Shown here: piece after piece, positions 56,488 to 64,000 of the stretch
How positions within the stretch are numbered: the first letter of the stretch is position 1
Layout of the letters: every line of letters starts with the position of its first letter
Assembly: GCA_963781585.1 (NCBI GenBank)
Contig: CAWAGQ010000007.1
Span: forward strand, 32,001-96,000
Reading direction: 5' to 3'
Length of the DNA stretch: 64,000 nt
DNA from: an uncultured Gemmatimonadaceae bacterium
GTDB lineage: Bacteria; Gemmatimonadota; Gemmatimonadetes; Gemmatimonadales; Gemmatimonadaceae
Notes under the pieces: generated by a model
Database searches by the model: none
What the model saw: the letters and a program-made list of their open reading frames with translations, nothing else
What the model was told of the DNA's origin: nothing
Program-made: the position numbers and the translations under genes

Positions 56488-57369
56488 ATGATACCCATCA
56501 AAACCTCCGCCTCCTTCGCTCTGATCGGAATCCTGGCTGCGCACGGAAATGCCGGGGCCCAAAGCGCGGCTCCGGCCACGGAAGTTACCCTTCCCGGAAC
56601 GGAGATGCGCTCGCTCCACTCCGATGTGACCGGGACCGACTACCGGATCTACGTCGCGCTCCCGCCTGACTACGCAACCAACAGGGAGGCGCGCTATCCG
56701 GTGGTCTATCTGGTGGACGGAGATGCGTTGTTCTCGCCCGCGATTGGGGCGCTCAATATCCTTGTCTCCGGCAAGCTGGCGCGCGGGGCGGTCCTCGTCG
56801 GCATCGGCTACCAGGCGCTGGATCAGAGGTCGGTATTACGATCGACGGAGTTGACCCCGACACGATGGCCGGCTGCCGACAGCGCGCTGAGCAAGGAATA
56901 CGGGTCGAAAGTCCGATCGGGTGGAGCCGAGAAGTTTCTGCTCGCTCTGAAGACGGAAATCGTCCCGTTCGTCGAAAAGACCTACCGTACCTCGCCCGAA
57001 AGGATGCTCGCGGGATACTCGTTTGGCGGACTGTTTGGCGTGTACGTTCTCTTCCACGAACCGAGCCTCTTCAAGGACTATCTGCTGGGCAGTCCGACGC
57101 TCGCGTGGGACAACGGGGTCGTGTTTCAGTACGAGAGCCAGTACGCGGCCGCCCACAAGGATCTGCCGGCTCGGGTCTTCCTGTCGTGTGGCTCGCTGGA
57201 GGACGCGCGAATGATCGGCCCCGTGCAGAAAATGGTAGAGACCCTCAAGGGGCGAAACTACGGTGGTCTCCAACTGACGGACCACGAGTTCGACGGAGAG
57301 ACGCACGTTTCCGGCATTCCCACCGCGATCAGCCGGGGTCTACGCGTGTTGCTCGCGTCCGGGGGATGA
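56488..57369 (+). CDS. Secreted esterase, IroE/BesA-like alpha/beta hydrolase
   Basis: YRIYVALP, YPVVYLVDG, GYSFGG, GETH; signal peptide. Confidence 0.88.
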   Translation: MIPIKTSASFALIGILAAHGNAGAQSAAPATEVTLPGTEMRSLHSDVTGTDYRIYVALPPDYATNREARYPVVYLVDGDALFSPAIGALNILVSGKLARGAVLVGIGYQALDQRSVLRSTELTPTRWPAADSALSKEYGSKVRSGGAEKFLLALKTEIVPFVEKTYRTSPERMLAGYSFGGLFGVYVLFHEPSLFKDYLLGSPTLAWDNGVVFQYESQYAAAHKDLPARVFLSCGSLEDARMIGPVQKMVETLKGRNYGGLQLTDHEFDGETHVSGIPTAISRGLRVLLASGG

Positions 57370-57478
57370 GGGCGCTTTCCGGCACCCGCATGCCTTCCGC
57401 AGCCCGGACCGCGGCGGCCCGAAGCGGCCCGGCGAACGGCCTGAGAGGAGCGAGAAGCAGCGGCCAGACTGACTCGCG

Positions 57479-57982
57479 CTATCCCGTCCCGTCGTACGCA
57501 CGGCGCAGGGCGGCGATCTCGAGCTTTTTCATCCGCAGCAGCGCTTCCATGGCCCGCTGCGACCCCGGCGAATTCTCGTCCTTGAAGATGTAGTCCATGT
57601 CGGCGGGGACGACCTGCCACGAGACGCCGTACCGGTCCTTCAACCACCCGCATTGCTGCGCCTTCGGATCGCCCCCCGCGCCGAGCTTCGCCCAGTAGTC
57701 GTCGATCTCGGCCTGGGTGGCGCAGCTCACCTCGAGCGAGATGGCCTCGTTGAACCTGAACAACGGACCACCGTTGAGGGCGGTGAACGCTTGACCGTCG
57801 AGCTCGAACCCGACCGTCAGCACCGATCCGGCGGGTCGATGATGCGTTTCGAATCCGGCGGTCCCGTACCGGGTAATCGCGGTGATCCGCGAGTTCTTGA
57901 ATATCCCGACATAGAAGCGGGCCGCTTCCTCGGCCTCGTCCGCAAACCACAGGCAGGGTCTGATTCTCTGAATCGCGGCCAT
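57479..57982 (-). CDS. VOC family protein (PhnB/YjdN-like)
   Basis: PCLWF...AEEAA.FY, ALNGGP.F.FNEAIS, CGWLKDRYGVSWQV. Confidence 0.92.
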   Translation of the reverse strand: MAAIQRIRPCLWFADEAEEAARFYVGIFKNSRITAITRYGTAGFETHHRPAGSVLTVGFELDGQAFTALNGGPLFRFNEAISLEVSCATQAEIDDYWAKLGAGGDPKAQQCGWLKDRYGVSWQVVPADMDYIFKDENSPGSQRAMEALLRMKKLEIAALRRAYDGTG

Positions 57983-58036
57983 GAGTTCGTCTCGGGTGAT
58001 GGTGACCCGAACAACACGAAATTCCGTCGTTGACGA

Positions 58037-58798
58037 CTATCCGACTCCGCTGACGCTGGCGAATTGCATCATGTCGAGACTGAAGTGGATGCACCAGAAC
58101 CACGCCACGTCCCGTGATCGCTGCAGCACGAGGATCACGGCCACGCCGAGGCCCGCGTCTCGCAACAGTCCGCCCAGCTCGGACCAGGTCGCGCCCTGCG
58201 ACACCATCGTGGGAACATGGCCTGCGGCAAACAGACAGGCGACGACAACGGTGGCCCAGCGGCTCCCGATGGCAGCGGCCAGGCGCACGAACAGGATGGC
58301 GATTGTCAGATCCTCGAGAAACACCTGCACCATCTCGTCAACGTGCTGATAGCGCCAGATTCTGACTGCCACGACCCATGGCGCGTCCGCTCCCGCTCGC
58401 AACCGGCAGTATGCGGTAACGGCGCCCATCGAGAGCACGAGCCCCACCAGAAGTCGCAGCGCGATTCGGCGCCGTGGCAGCCACGCCGTAGTCCACGACT
58501 GCCGGCGAACGAGCAGCACGAGAAGAATCGGCGCGAAAATCAGAATCTGGTTGATTGCACCCATGACCGGACCGAAGGAGCCCTGCTCCGGCAACCGGAT
58601 TCCCCTGGTCCACAGCTGACCCACCGCCACGATTCCGATCGCTCCGACCAGCGCGATCCCGAACTCCCTCCACGGCCGCGCAAAGCTCTCCACCGCCTCG
58701 AGGGGCCACACGCGCGGCCCGAAACGACTGACCACCAACCATCCGCCCACCCCGACCAGGTAGGCGAAGACCAGCGGAGGGTAGTGTTCCTGGAACAC
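58037..58798 (-). CDS. Polytopic membrane protein, CPBP/CAAX-protease-like
   Basis: Multiple TM helices; LED...R, LFAAGH, IHF..D degenerate CPBP motifs. AGGAGG RBS before GTG. Confidence 0.65.
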   Translation of the reverse strand: MFQEHYPPLVFAYLVGVGGWLVVSRFGPRVWPLEAVESFARPWREFGIALVGAIGIVAVGQLWTRGIRLPEQGSFGPVMGAINQILIFAPILLVLLVRRQSWTTAWLPRRRIALRLLVGLVLSMGAVTAYCRLRAGADAPWVVAVRIWRYQHVDEMVQVFLEDLTIAILFVRLAAAIGSRWATVVVACLFAAGHVPTMVSQGATWSELGGLLRDAGLGVAVILVLQRSRDVAWFWCIHFSLDMMQFASVSGVG

Positions 58799-58932
58799 GC
58801 GTTCCTCCTGTACGCTCCTCGCGCGCCTGGCGGCGTGCGCATCGGAGCAGTTTGCCGAGTCGCAAGTTGCGCCCGCGGATCGACCCTGGCTAGAATGCGC
58901 CCTCACGCGCGCCCGTACCGCGAGAACGACTC

Positions 58933-59313
58933 ATGCCGCCCACGACAGCGAACGGCAAGATCTGCTACATCGAAATTCCAGCGGTCGACATCGCTCGCTC
59001 GGCCGACTTTTTCGCCGGGGTTTTCGGCTGGCGCACGCGCAAGCGCGGCGACGGCGCGCTGGCGTTCGACGACGGGGTCGGCGAGGTCAGCGGCACCTGG
59101 GTCCTCGGCCGGCCACCAATGTCGGCAGTGGGGCTGCTCATCTACGTGATGGTCGACAGCGTCGCGGCCACGATTGACGCGGTGGTCGCCAACGGCGGGG
59201 TGATCGTGCAGCCGATCGGCGGCGACGCGCCGGAGGTCACCGCCCGATTCCGTGACCCGGCGGGGAACATCTTCGGGCTCTATCAGGAGCCGGGTCGCCC
59301 CGCATCCAGCTGA
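58933..59313 (+). CDS. VOC/glyoxalase family protein
   Basis: YIEIPA.DI.RS..FF..VFGW, FRDPAGN.FGL. Confidence 0.92.
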   Translation: MPPTTANGKICYIEIPAVDIARSADFFAGVFGWRTRKRGDGALAFDDGVGEVSGTWVLGRPPMSAVGLLIYVMVDSVAATIDAVVANGGVIVQPIGGDAPEVTARFRDPAGNIFGLYQEPGRPASS

Positions 59314-59325
59314 GCGCCGGGCCGC

Positions 59326-59967
59326 CTATCCGTCCGGTGGCGGCTGGACCGCGATGGCACGATACGAGGATCCCTGCACCAGCGGGCCATCCGGCTGCGG
59401 CTCCGCGTTCCTGAACACCATGGGAAGCGCCGGACACTGAGGCTGGGTGGCGAAGCCCGGCAGGCTCTCGCAGGCGTGAATCGAGAAGTGCAGGTGCGGA
59501 TGGTTCGCGGTATATCCGGTGTTGCCGCTCAGTGCCAGCGTGTCGCCCCGCACCACGACCTGTCCCGCCTGCACGCGCACTCCATCGTGCATCAGGTGTG
59601 AATAGACAGCGACCGTGGAATCGTCATGGCGGATCAGCACCAGGTTCGGTCGGGCTGTTGAATCGTGTGGCCCGTCGTCGCGCGCGGCACTGTAGGCGTA
59701 GTACACGGTTCCGCCACGGGCGGCGGTGACGATCGATCCCACAGGCATGTCGAAATCATAGCTGTACGCCCAGAAGCCGGAGTGCCCGTATCCGGAGCAG
59801 TTGCCTTGCACGACACGGTAGCTGGCTCCGATGGGATACGGCAGCGTGTAGGGCGACGCGCCCGCGGCCCCATATCCTCCGCACACCTCATGGATGGGAG
59901 CGGTCGCAACCTCGGATCGGCACCCGGCAGCACAGCCGGGCAACACCACGGCGGCAACCTGGTACAC
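59326..59967 (-). CDS. M23 family metallopeptidase (probable lipoprotein)
   Basis: H...YDF, AARGG.V, YSHL, SGNTG, PHLHF. Start uncertain. Confidence 0.85.
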   Translation of the reverse strand: MYQVAAVVLPGCAAGCRSEVATAPIHEVCGGYGAAGASPYTLPYPIGASYRVVQGNCSGYGHSGFWAYSYDFDMPVGSIVTAARGGTVYYAYSAARDDGPHDSTARPNLVLIRHDDSTVAVYSHLMHDGVRVQAGQVVVRGDTLALSGNTGYTANHPHLHFSIHACESLPGFATQPQCPALPMVFRNAEPQPDGPLVQGSSYRAIAVQPPPDG

Positions 59968-60008
59968 ACGCGAGAACGCGGCCCGCCGCACTCGAATCGG
60001 CCCGGTGA

Positions 60009-60314
60009 CTATTTCCCTTCCGCAAGCGCGCGGGCCAGCAGCGACTCCCACACGCCGTCCACGGCCTCGATCGCGCTCGTCGCGACCGAAGCGCCGTCCA
60101 GACGATTCAGGAGCCGGCGGCGATTACGGTGGAAGTGCTGCTGGTAGCGGGCGGTCGCCTGTTCAGGCGACAGGTTCCTCGCATACCAGGATGCGACGGT
60201 GGCGAGGGTGCTCTCGTTCCACGCTGTCGCGGGAAGCGACCCATCCTCGTACTGCATCACCAGTTCCCACTGCCACGCGCGGTGCTCCGCCGTGAACGAT
60301 CCGGGGTCCGTCAT
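60009..60314 (-). CDS. Hypothetical protein (101 aa)
   Basis: ATG with AGGA RBS; co-oriented between the kinase and M23 genes. Confidence 0.65.
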   Translation of the reverse strand: MTDPGSFTAEHRAWQWELVMQYEDGSLPATAWNESTLATVASWYARNLSPEQATARYQQHFHRNRRRLLNRLDGASVATSAIEAVDGVWESLLARALAEGK

Positions 60315-60425
60315 GGTTCGTATCCTCGTCGTGAATGACGTACGTATTCAAAGCGTTGCACGAACACCTGCGGACCGGCCACGAGTGTCAGCGCCGTGAC
60401 GCATCGCGCAAAATAGTACGGGGAA

Positions 60426-61604
60426 TCACCTTGCCGCTGGCTTTCGCGAACGCGACGTCGCTTCGACCAGCCGCCAGAATTGCCGTTCACCGATGACCGT
60501 TACCCTGTGTCCGCGGGCGGCGAGGCGTCGCACTTCGATCAGCTTCGATCCTCCGTGCCTGCCGGCAATCTGCTGCGCGTTGGGCCGTCCGCGCACCAGC
60601 ACGTCGGTCGATTGTCCTGGCTTCGCTTGCACGATGGCGCCCGCCTTGCGCGCCGCGACCACCGCGTCCTGTCGTGGGCGGGAGAGAAAGCCCGTGAACG
60701 AGACGCGCTTGCCGGTCAGACTCGGCACTCGACCGAGGCGCGGCTGCCTGGGGCGCTGCCGCAGCGCCGCAATCAGCTCGCTCGCGGCCTCGTACCGCTT
60801 GCCGCGCGATCCGAGGCAACGATGAATGACTTCCTTGAGGTGATCGCCGCACGGAAGCCCGCGCACGTCCTTGCTGCGCATCGGGCTCGTGATGTCGCCG
60901 CGCAGCAGCATCGCCGCGATCAGTCCGATCTGGTAGACATCGTCGCGTTTCTGCCAGCGGCGCACGCGGCCCCACGCGATCTCATTCGGGACGTGAAACA
61001 GGTTGAAGCTGTCGGCGGTGACGCCGCGGCGGCTGAGCTGGTGCGCCGCGATCCCGAAGTCTCCAAGCTTCAACTGCTCGCCCTTGCAGACGAAGACGTT
61101 GAACGGCGTGAGGTCGCGATGCAGCGCCTGTCCGCGGTGCAACACGTCGAGGGTCCTCAGGATCGCGGCGATCTCGCGGCGGACGAACCGCTCTGACTGC
61201 GCGCCACGTCGAGCCAGCCACGCACCAAGGTCGCCGTGTTCCGCGTATTCCATCGCCAGGCAGTATCGCATCTGGCCACCATCCGCTTCGGCGAACCGAT
61301 CGAACACGCGAAGGGCGCGTTCCTCGCGGGCGAGGAGCTCGGCGAAGTAGGCCTCGCGAAGCCACCCCGCGATGCGGTCACTGATCTTGACGCACACCTG
61401 CGCGGGAACGCCGGAGGCCGGTGTGGGCGTCGCGAGGTAGACCTCGCCGAAGCCGCCCTTTCCGATCAGGCGATCCAATCGGTACGTGCGGTCCGATTCG
61501 GAGCTGTAGGCCGTCGCGCCTGCCGCGCGTCCGGAGGGCCGCAGCTCGGGACGCGTCGTGTGTCGGGCAACCCGGGAGGCGCGTGCAGGGTGCGAGGTCG
61601 GCAT
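60426..61604 (-). CDS. Hanks-type Ser/Thr kinase with C-terminal BRCT domain
   Basis: IGKGGFGEVY, VCVK, HRDLTPFN, DFG; C-terminal LTGKRVSFTGFL..R..A....GA......TDVLV.G...GSKL...VI.E..F. Confidence 0.85.
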   Translation of the reverse strand: MPTSHPARASRVARHTTRPELRPSGRAAGATAYSSESDRTYRLDRLIGKGGFGEVYLATPTPASGVPAQVCVKISDRIAGWLREAYFAELLAREERALRVFDRFAEADGGQMRYCLAMEYAEHGDLGAWLARRGAQSERFVRREIAAILRTLDVLHRGQALHRDLTPFNVFVCKGEQLKLGDFGIAAHQLSRRGVTADSFNLFHVPNEIAWGRVRRWQKRDDVYQIGLIAAMLLRGDITSPMRSKDVRGLPCGDHLKEVIHRCLGSRGKRYEAASELIAALRQRPRQPRLGRVPSLTGKRVSFTGFLSRPRQDAVVAARKAGAIVQAKPGQSTDVLVRGRPNAQQIAGRHGGSKLIEVRRLAARGHRVTVIGERQFWRLVEATSRSRKPAAR

Positions 61605-61650
61605 CTGAAATCAGATCTGCTTGATGACCGGGCGGCAGCGAGGCGCTGAC

Positions 61651-62235
61651 CTAGTAAACGAAGGGAATCAGGCGCTTTCGCGTGCCCATGAACTGTCGAT
61701 ACGGCTCGCCGAGCACCGCCAGCAGCGTCCGCTCCTCGACAGCGATCCGATACATGTAGACTGCAAATGACGCTCCGCCGAGCAACAGTGCCGACGCCCA
61801 GCTCCCCAGTCCGATCCCAACGCCGGCATTCATCAGGATGCCGGCCGTGTACGCGGGGTGCCGGAGTATCCTGTAGGCACCGCGCGTGACCACCTCCTGA
61901 CCCACGCTGGCCCGGACGTCGCCGGTGAACGACGAACCGAGCATCCGCCAGCAATGCCGGCGTAGCAGGCTCCCCGCCACCATCGTGGCGACGCCCGCAA
62001 AGAACACGGCAGCCCGATGCGTCGGTGCGAGCTGCAGGGCGGAAACCCGGGCCAGCGGAAACGAAACGAAGAAGGCGACCGCCTGACCGACCATAATAAC
62101 CTGAAGTGATCTGGAGTCCGACGAGCCCTGGGTGCGCTGTGCACGACGCACAATGACGAATTCGGGCCAGTAGGCCCAGAGGAAGACGGCCCAGAAGATC
62201 AGCGCGTAGGGCCAGACATATGGCAGGGGTTTCAC
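61651..62235 (-). CDS. Isoprenylcysteine carboxyl methyltransferase (ICMT/PEMT) family membrane protein
   Basis: TM helices, GAYRILRHPAY.G, RI..EE..L...GEPY..F......RLIPF. Confidence 0.9.
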   Translation of the reverse strand: MKPLPYVWPYALIFWAVFLWAYWPEFVIVRRAQRTQGSSDSRSLQVIMVGQAVAFFVSFPLARVSALQLAPTHRAAVFFAGVATMVAGSLLRRHCWRMLGSSFTGDVRASVGQEVVTRGAYRILRHPAYTAGILMNAGVGIGLGSWASALLLGGASFAVYMYRIAVEERTLLAVLGEPYRQFMGTRKRLIPFVY

Positions 62236-62305
62236 GGATTCCTCAGCGGTGCCTAACGCGACGGTTCGACTGCCGGTGCGACAACAGACACGGGACGCAG
62301 CTGCA

Positions 62306-63061
62306 TCAGCGTGCCATGCGCCCGGCGTACACCTGCGTCGTGTACTCGAGCGTTACGGTCCCATTCGCGTTATGCGTTCGGAAGAGCACCTCGGCAGCTT
62401 GGCGCAGTTTGGCTGCCGCTTCACCGGCGTTCGGCATGTATGAGGAAGACAACAGTCGGCCGATCAATCCGTCGAGGTCGAGCGCCTGGAGGTTGGGGAA
62501 TTGCTGCTGTGTGAAGCCGCGGGCGCCGAAGAGAGCCTTGACCCGGTCAGGCAGGCTTTCGTCCGCCACCACGGGATATCGGATCCCATGGGTCCTCAGG
62601 ACCTCCTCATAGGCCGTCAGGAACGGCGTCCCCCGGACGTTGCGATTGTTCCAGATGAGGACGACCCATCCACCGGGCTTGAGCAGATGTGAGAAGGCTT
62701 CTCTCGCCTTCGCCATATCGAACCAATGAAACGCCTGCGCAGCCGTCACGACGTCGATGCTGCCATCTGGAAGCGACGGCGCTTCGGCCGTGCCCTTGAT
62801 GCTCCTGAAGTTCGGAAAGCCGTGCAACAACGATTCGGCGGCGCACCGCATTGGATCGTTGGGCTCGACCGCATAGACGGTGTTCCCGTGGCGGAGCAGC
62901 ATCTCCGTGAGTATCCCGGTGCCGGAGCCGATGTCGGCGATGACCGACGAACGCGTGAGCCCGATGTGCTGTTCGAGGAACGGCAGGATCTCAACCGGAT
63001 AGCGCGGACGAAACCGCCGATAGTTGTCGACGCGATCGGAAAAACGCTCGGTAGAGTCCAT
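62306..63061 (-). CDS. Class I SAM-dependent methyltransferase
   Basis: RFS.RV.NY..RP.YP, ADIGSGTG, AQAFHWFD. Confidence 0.92.
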   Translation of the reverse strand: MDSTERFSDRVDNYRRFRPRYPVEILPFLEQHIGLTRSSVIADIGSGTGILTEMLLRHGNTVYAVEPNDPMRCAAESLLHGFPNFRSIKGTAEAPSLPDGSIDVVTAAQAFHWFDMAKAREAFSHLLKPGGWVVLIWNNRNVRGTPFLTAYEEVLRTHGIRYPVVADESLPDRVKALFGARGFTQQQFPNLQALDLDGLIGRLLSSSYMPNAGEAAAKLRQAAEVLFRTHNANGTVTLEYTTQVYAGRMAR

Positions 63062-63308
63062 GTCGGCCCGGGCAACTCCGGCTTGGTCGGTCCAGCAGAC
63101 CGGGGTGGCGTCGCAAGCGCATCATACGGAACGCCACCGCGGGGCGCCATCCGCCGAGGCGTGCCCGGGCCGGCTCCAGCCACATGCCGGCGAGCGGCGT
63201 GGATTCGTTGCGCGCCTCTCTGTGCACCACTGCCTGCCTGCAAATCAACGCAGAGCGATCATCTCGGCTGGTCCGAGATCGTCCACACGGCCTGTGCTGG
63301 TCGCACCG

Positions 63309-63680
63309 CTACCGGGTCAGCGCGTATATCCGTACAGTCTCGACACCGTCGGCGTTCCGGCGCACGCCTACAACGTAGTCGCGCCCCACGTCCGTCACGC
63401 GGAATCCCGTGGCGACAGCAACCCGGGCGATCGGGCTTCCGTTCGCCGAAAGCACGACATATCGCGCTGGCGCAGCTCGATTCGCGTCCGGGACCTGCAC
63501 CCACAACTCCCCGCTCGTGCCAGGCACGAGTGCCTGAAACGCGGGGAGGTGCCTGGGAAGGTACGTCGCGCTGTACTTCGTCTCGACGAGGTCACGCGTT
63601 GCCTGGTCGCGCACCAGTTCGACTTCCCGCGCCCGCGCCTCAGCGACCACGTCTGCGGTCACAGGAGCGCCCTCTTGATC
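63309..63680 (-). pseudogene. C-terminal fragment of a 6-bladed beta-propeller protein
   Basis: LP..LPAF..L.....GELWV...Y.VL...G...ARV......V.DVG.DYV.GV....DGVE.V..Y.L.R. No credible start or N-terminal blades; an opposite-strand gene lies where they should be. Confidence 0.65.
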
Positions 63681-63698
63681 CCGTGGCCGACACAGGGC

Positions 63699-63715
63699 AC
63701 TTTGCAGTGCAAAGT
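63699..63715. promoter_or_regulatory. Perfect palindrome, candidate repressor site
   Basis: ACTTTGCA-G-TGCAAAGT, 60 nt upstream of the ATG at 63775. Confidence 0.55.
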
Positions 63716-63774
63716 ATGGGTGCCAGGCGGCAGCGCCATGAGAAGAGCCAGGAGCACGGGACCGTGAGGCAGTG

Positions 63775-64000
63775 ATGAAAAAGTGGCTGAGACGCATCCG
63801 CGGTGCGATTGGAATGGGCATGACTTGGGCTATTGGCTGGGCGGTCGTCGGAGTGCTGATCGGGATCAGCTGGAACCTCGGTGTTCCGATGGGCTGGTTC
63901 GTTGCGGTCTTTGATGCCCCGTTGCCGGCGCTGGCAGTACCCGGCTTCTTTTGTGGCGCGGCCTTCTCAATGGTGCTCGGGATTGCAGGGCGCCGTCGCA
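63775..64000 (+). CDS. Hypothetical membrane protein (5' part; runs off the window)
   Basis: MKKWLRRIRGAIGMGMTWAIGWAVVGVLIG...PGFFCGAAFSMVLGIAGRRR, open to the window end. Confidence 0.8.
   Translation, partial: MKKWLRRIRGAIGMGMTWAIGWAVVGVLIGISWNLGVPMGWFVAVFDAPLPALAVPGFFCGAAFSMVLGIAGRRR

Noticed and set aside
1..64000. CRISPR array, tRNA/rRNA, transposase, integrase or prophage
   Set aside because: No regularly spaced repeats, cloverleaf, rRNA-like tract or mobile-element ORF recognised by eye. A covariance-model scan was not possible, so small RNAs could be missed.

Overview
High-GC window from a diderm bacterium. It is most likely Gemmatimonadota (Acidobacteriota is the alternative), inferred from four ADOP-type orphan permeases with PadR regulators, a TonB-C fusion, an outer-membrane beta-barrel and many secreted or lipoprotein hydrolases. 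About 55 genes and gene fragments are supported; I found no rRNA, tRNA, CRISPR array or intact transposase/integrase. Two systems stand out. (1) A seven-gene minus-strand operon (8450-16763) encodes two lipoprotein multiheme cytochromes, a beta-barrel, a 16-heme periplasmic cytochrome, a membrane-anchored 9-heme cytochrome, a Rieske protein and cytochrome b. It carries 42 CXXCH plus 2 CX4CH motifs and looks like a complete quinol-to-cell-surface electron conduit. (2) A complete, translationally coupled, Firmicutes-like D-alanylation operon (35429-39729) has the permuted order dltC-dltD-dltX-dltA-dltB. It includes a 43-aa dltX missed by the ORF track, and sits in an organism not expected to have teichoic acids. 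Also seen: a 52-bp palindrome with a possible padR stub next to the dlt cassette, a duplication/deletion scar around a carboxypeptidase gene enclosing an atypical segment, a Ser/Thr kinase-BRCT fusion, several readable operator palindromes, and several pseudogene fragments. All product calls come from motif recognition, not database searches.
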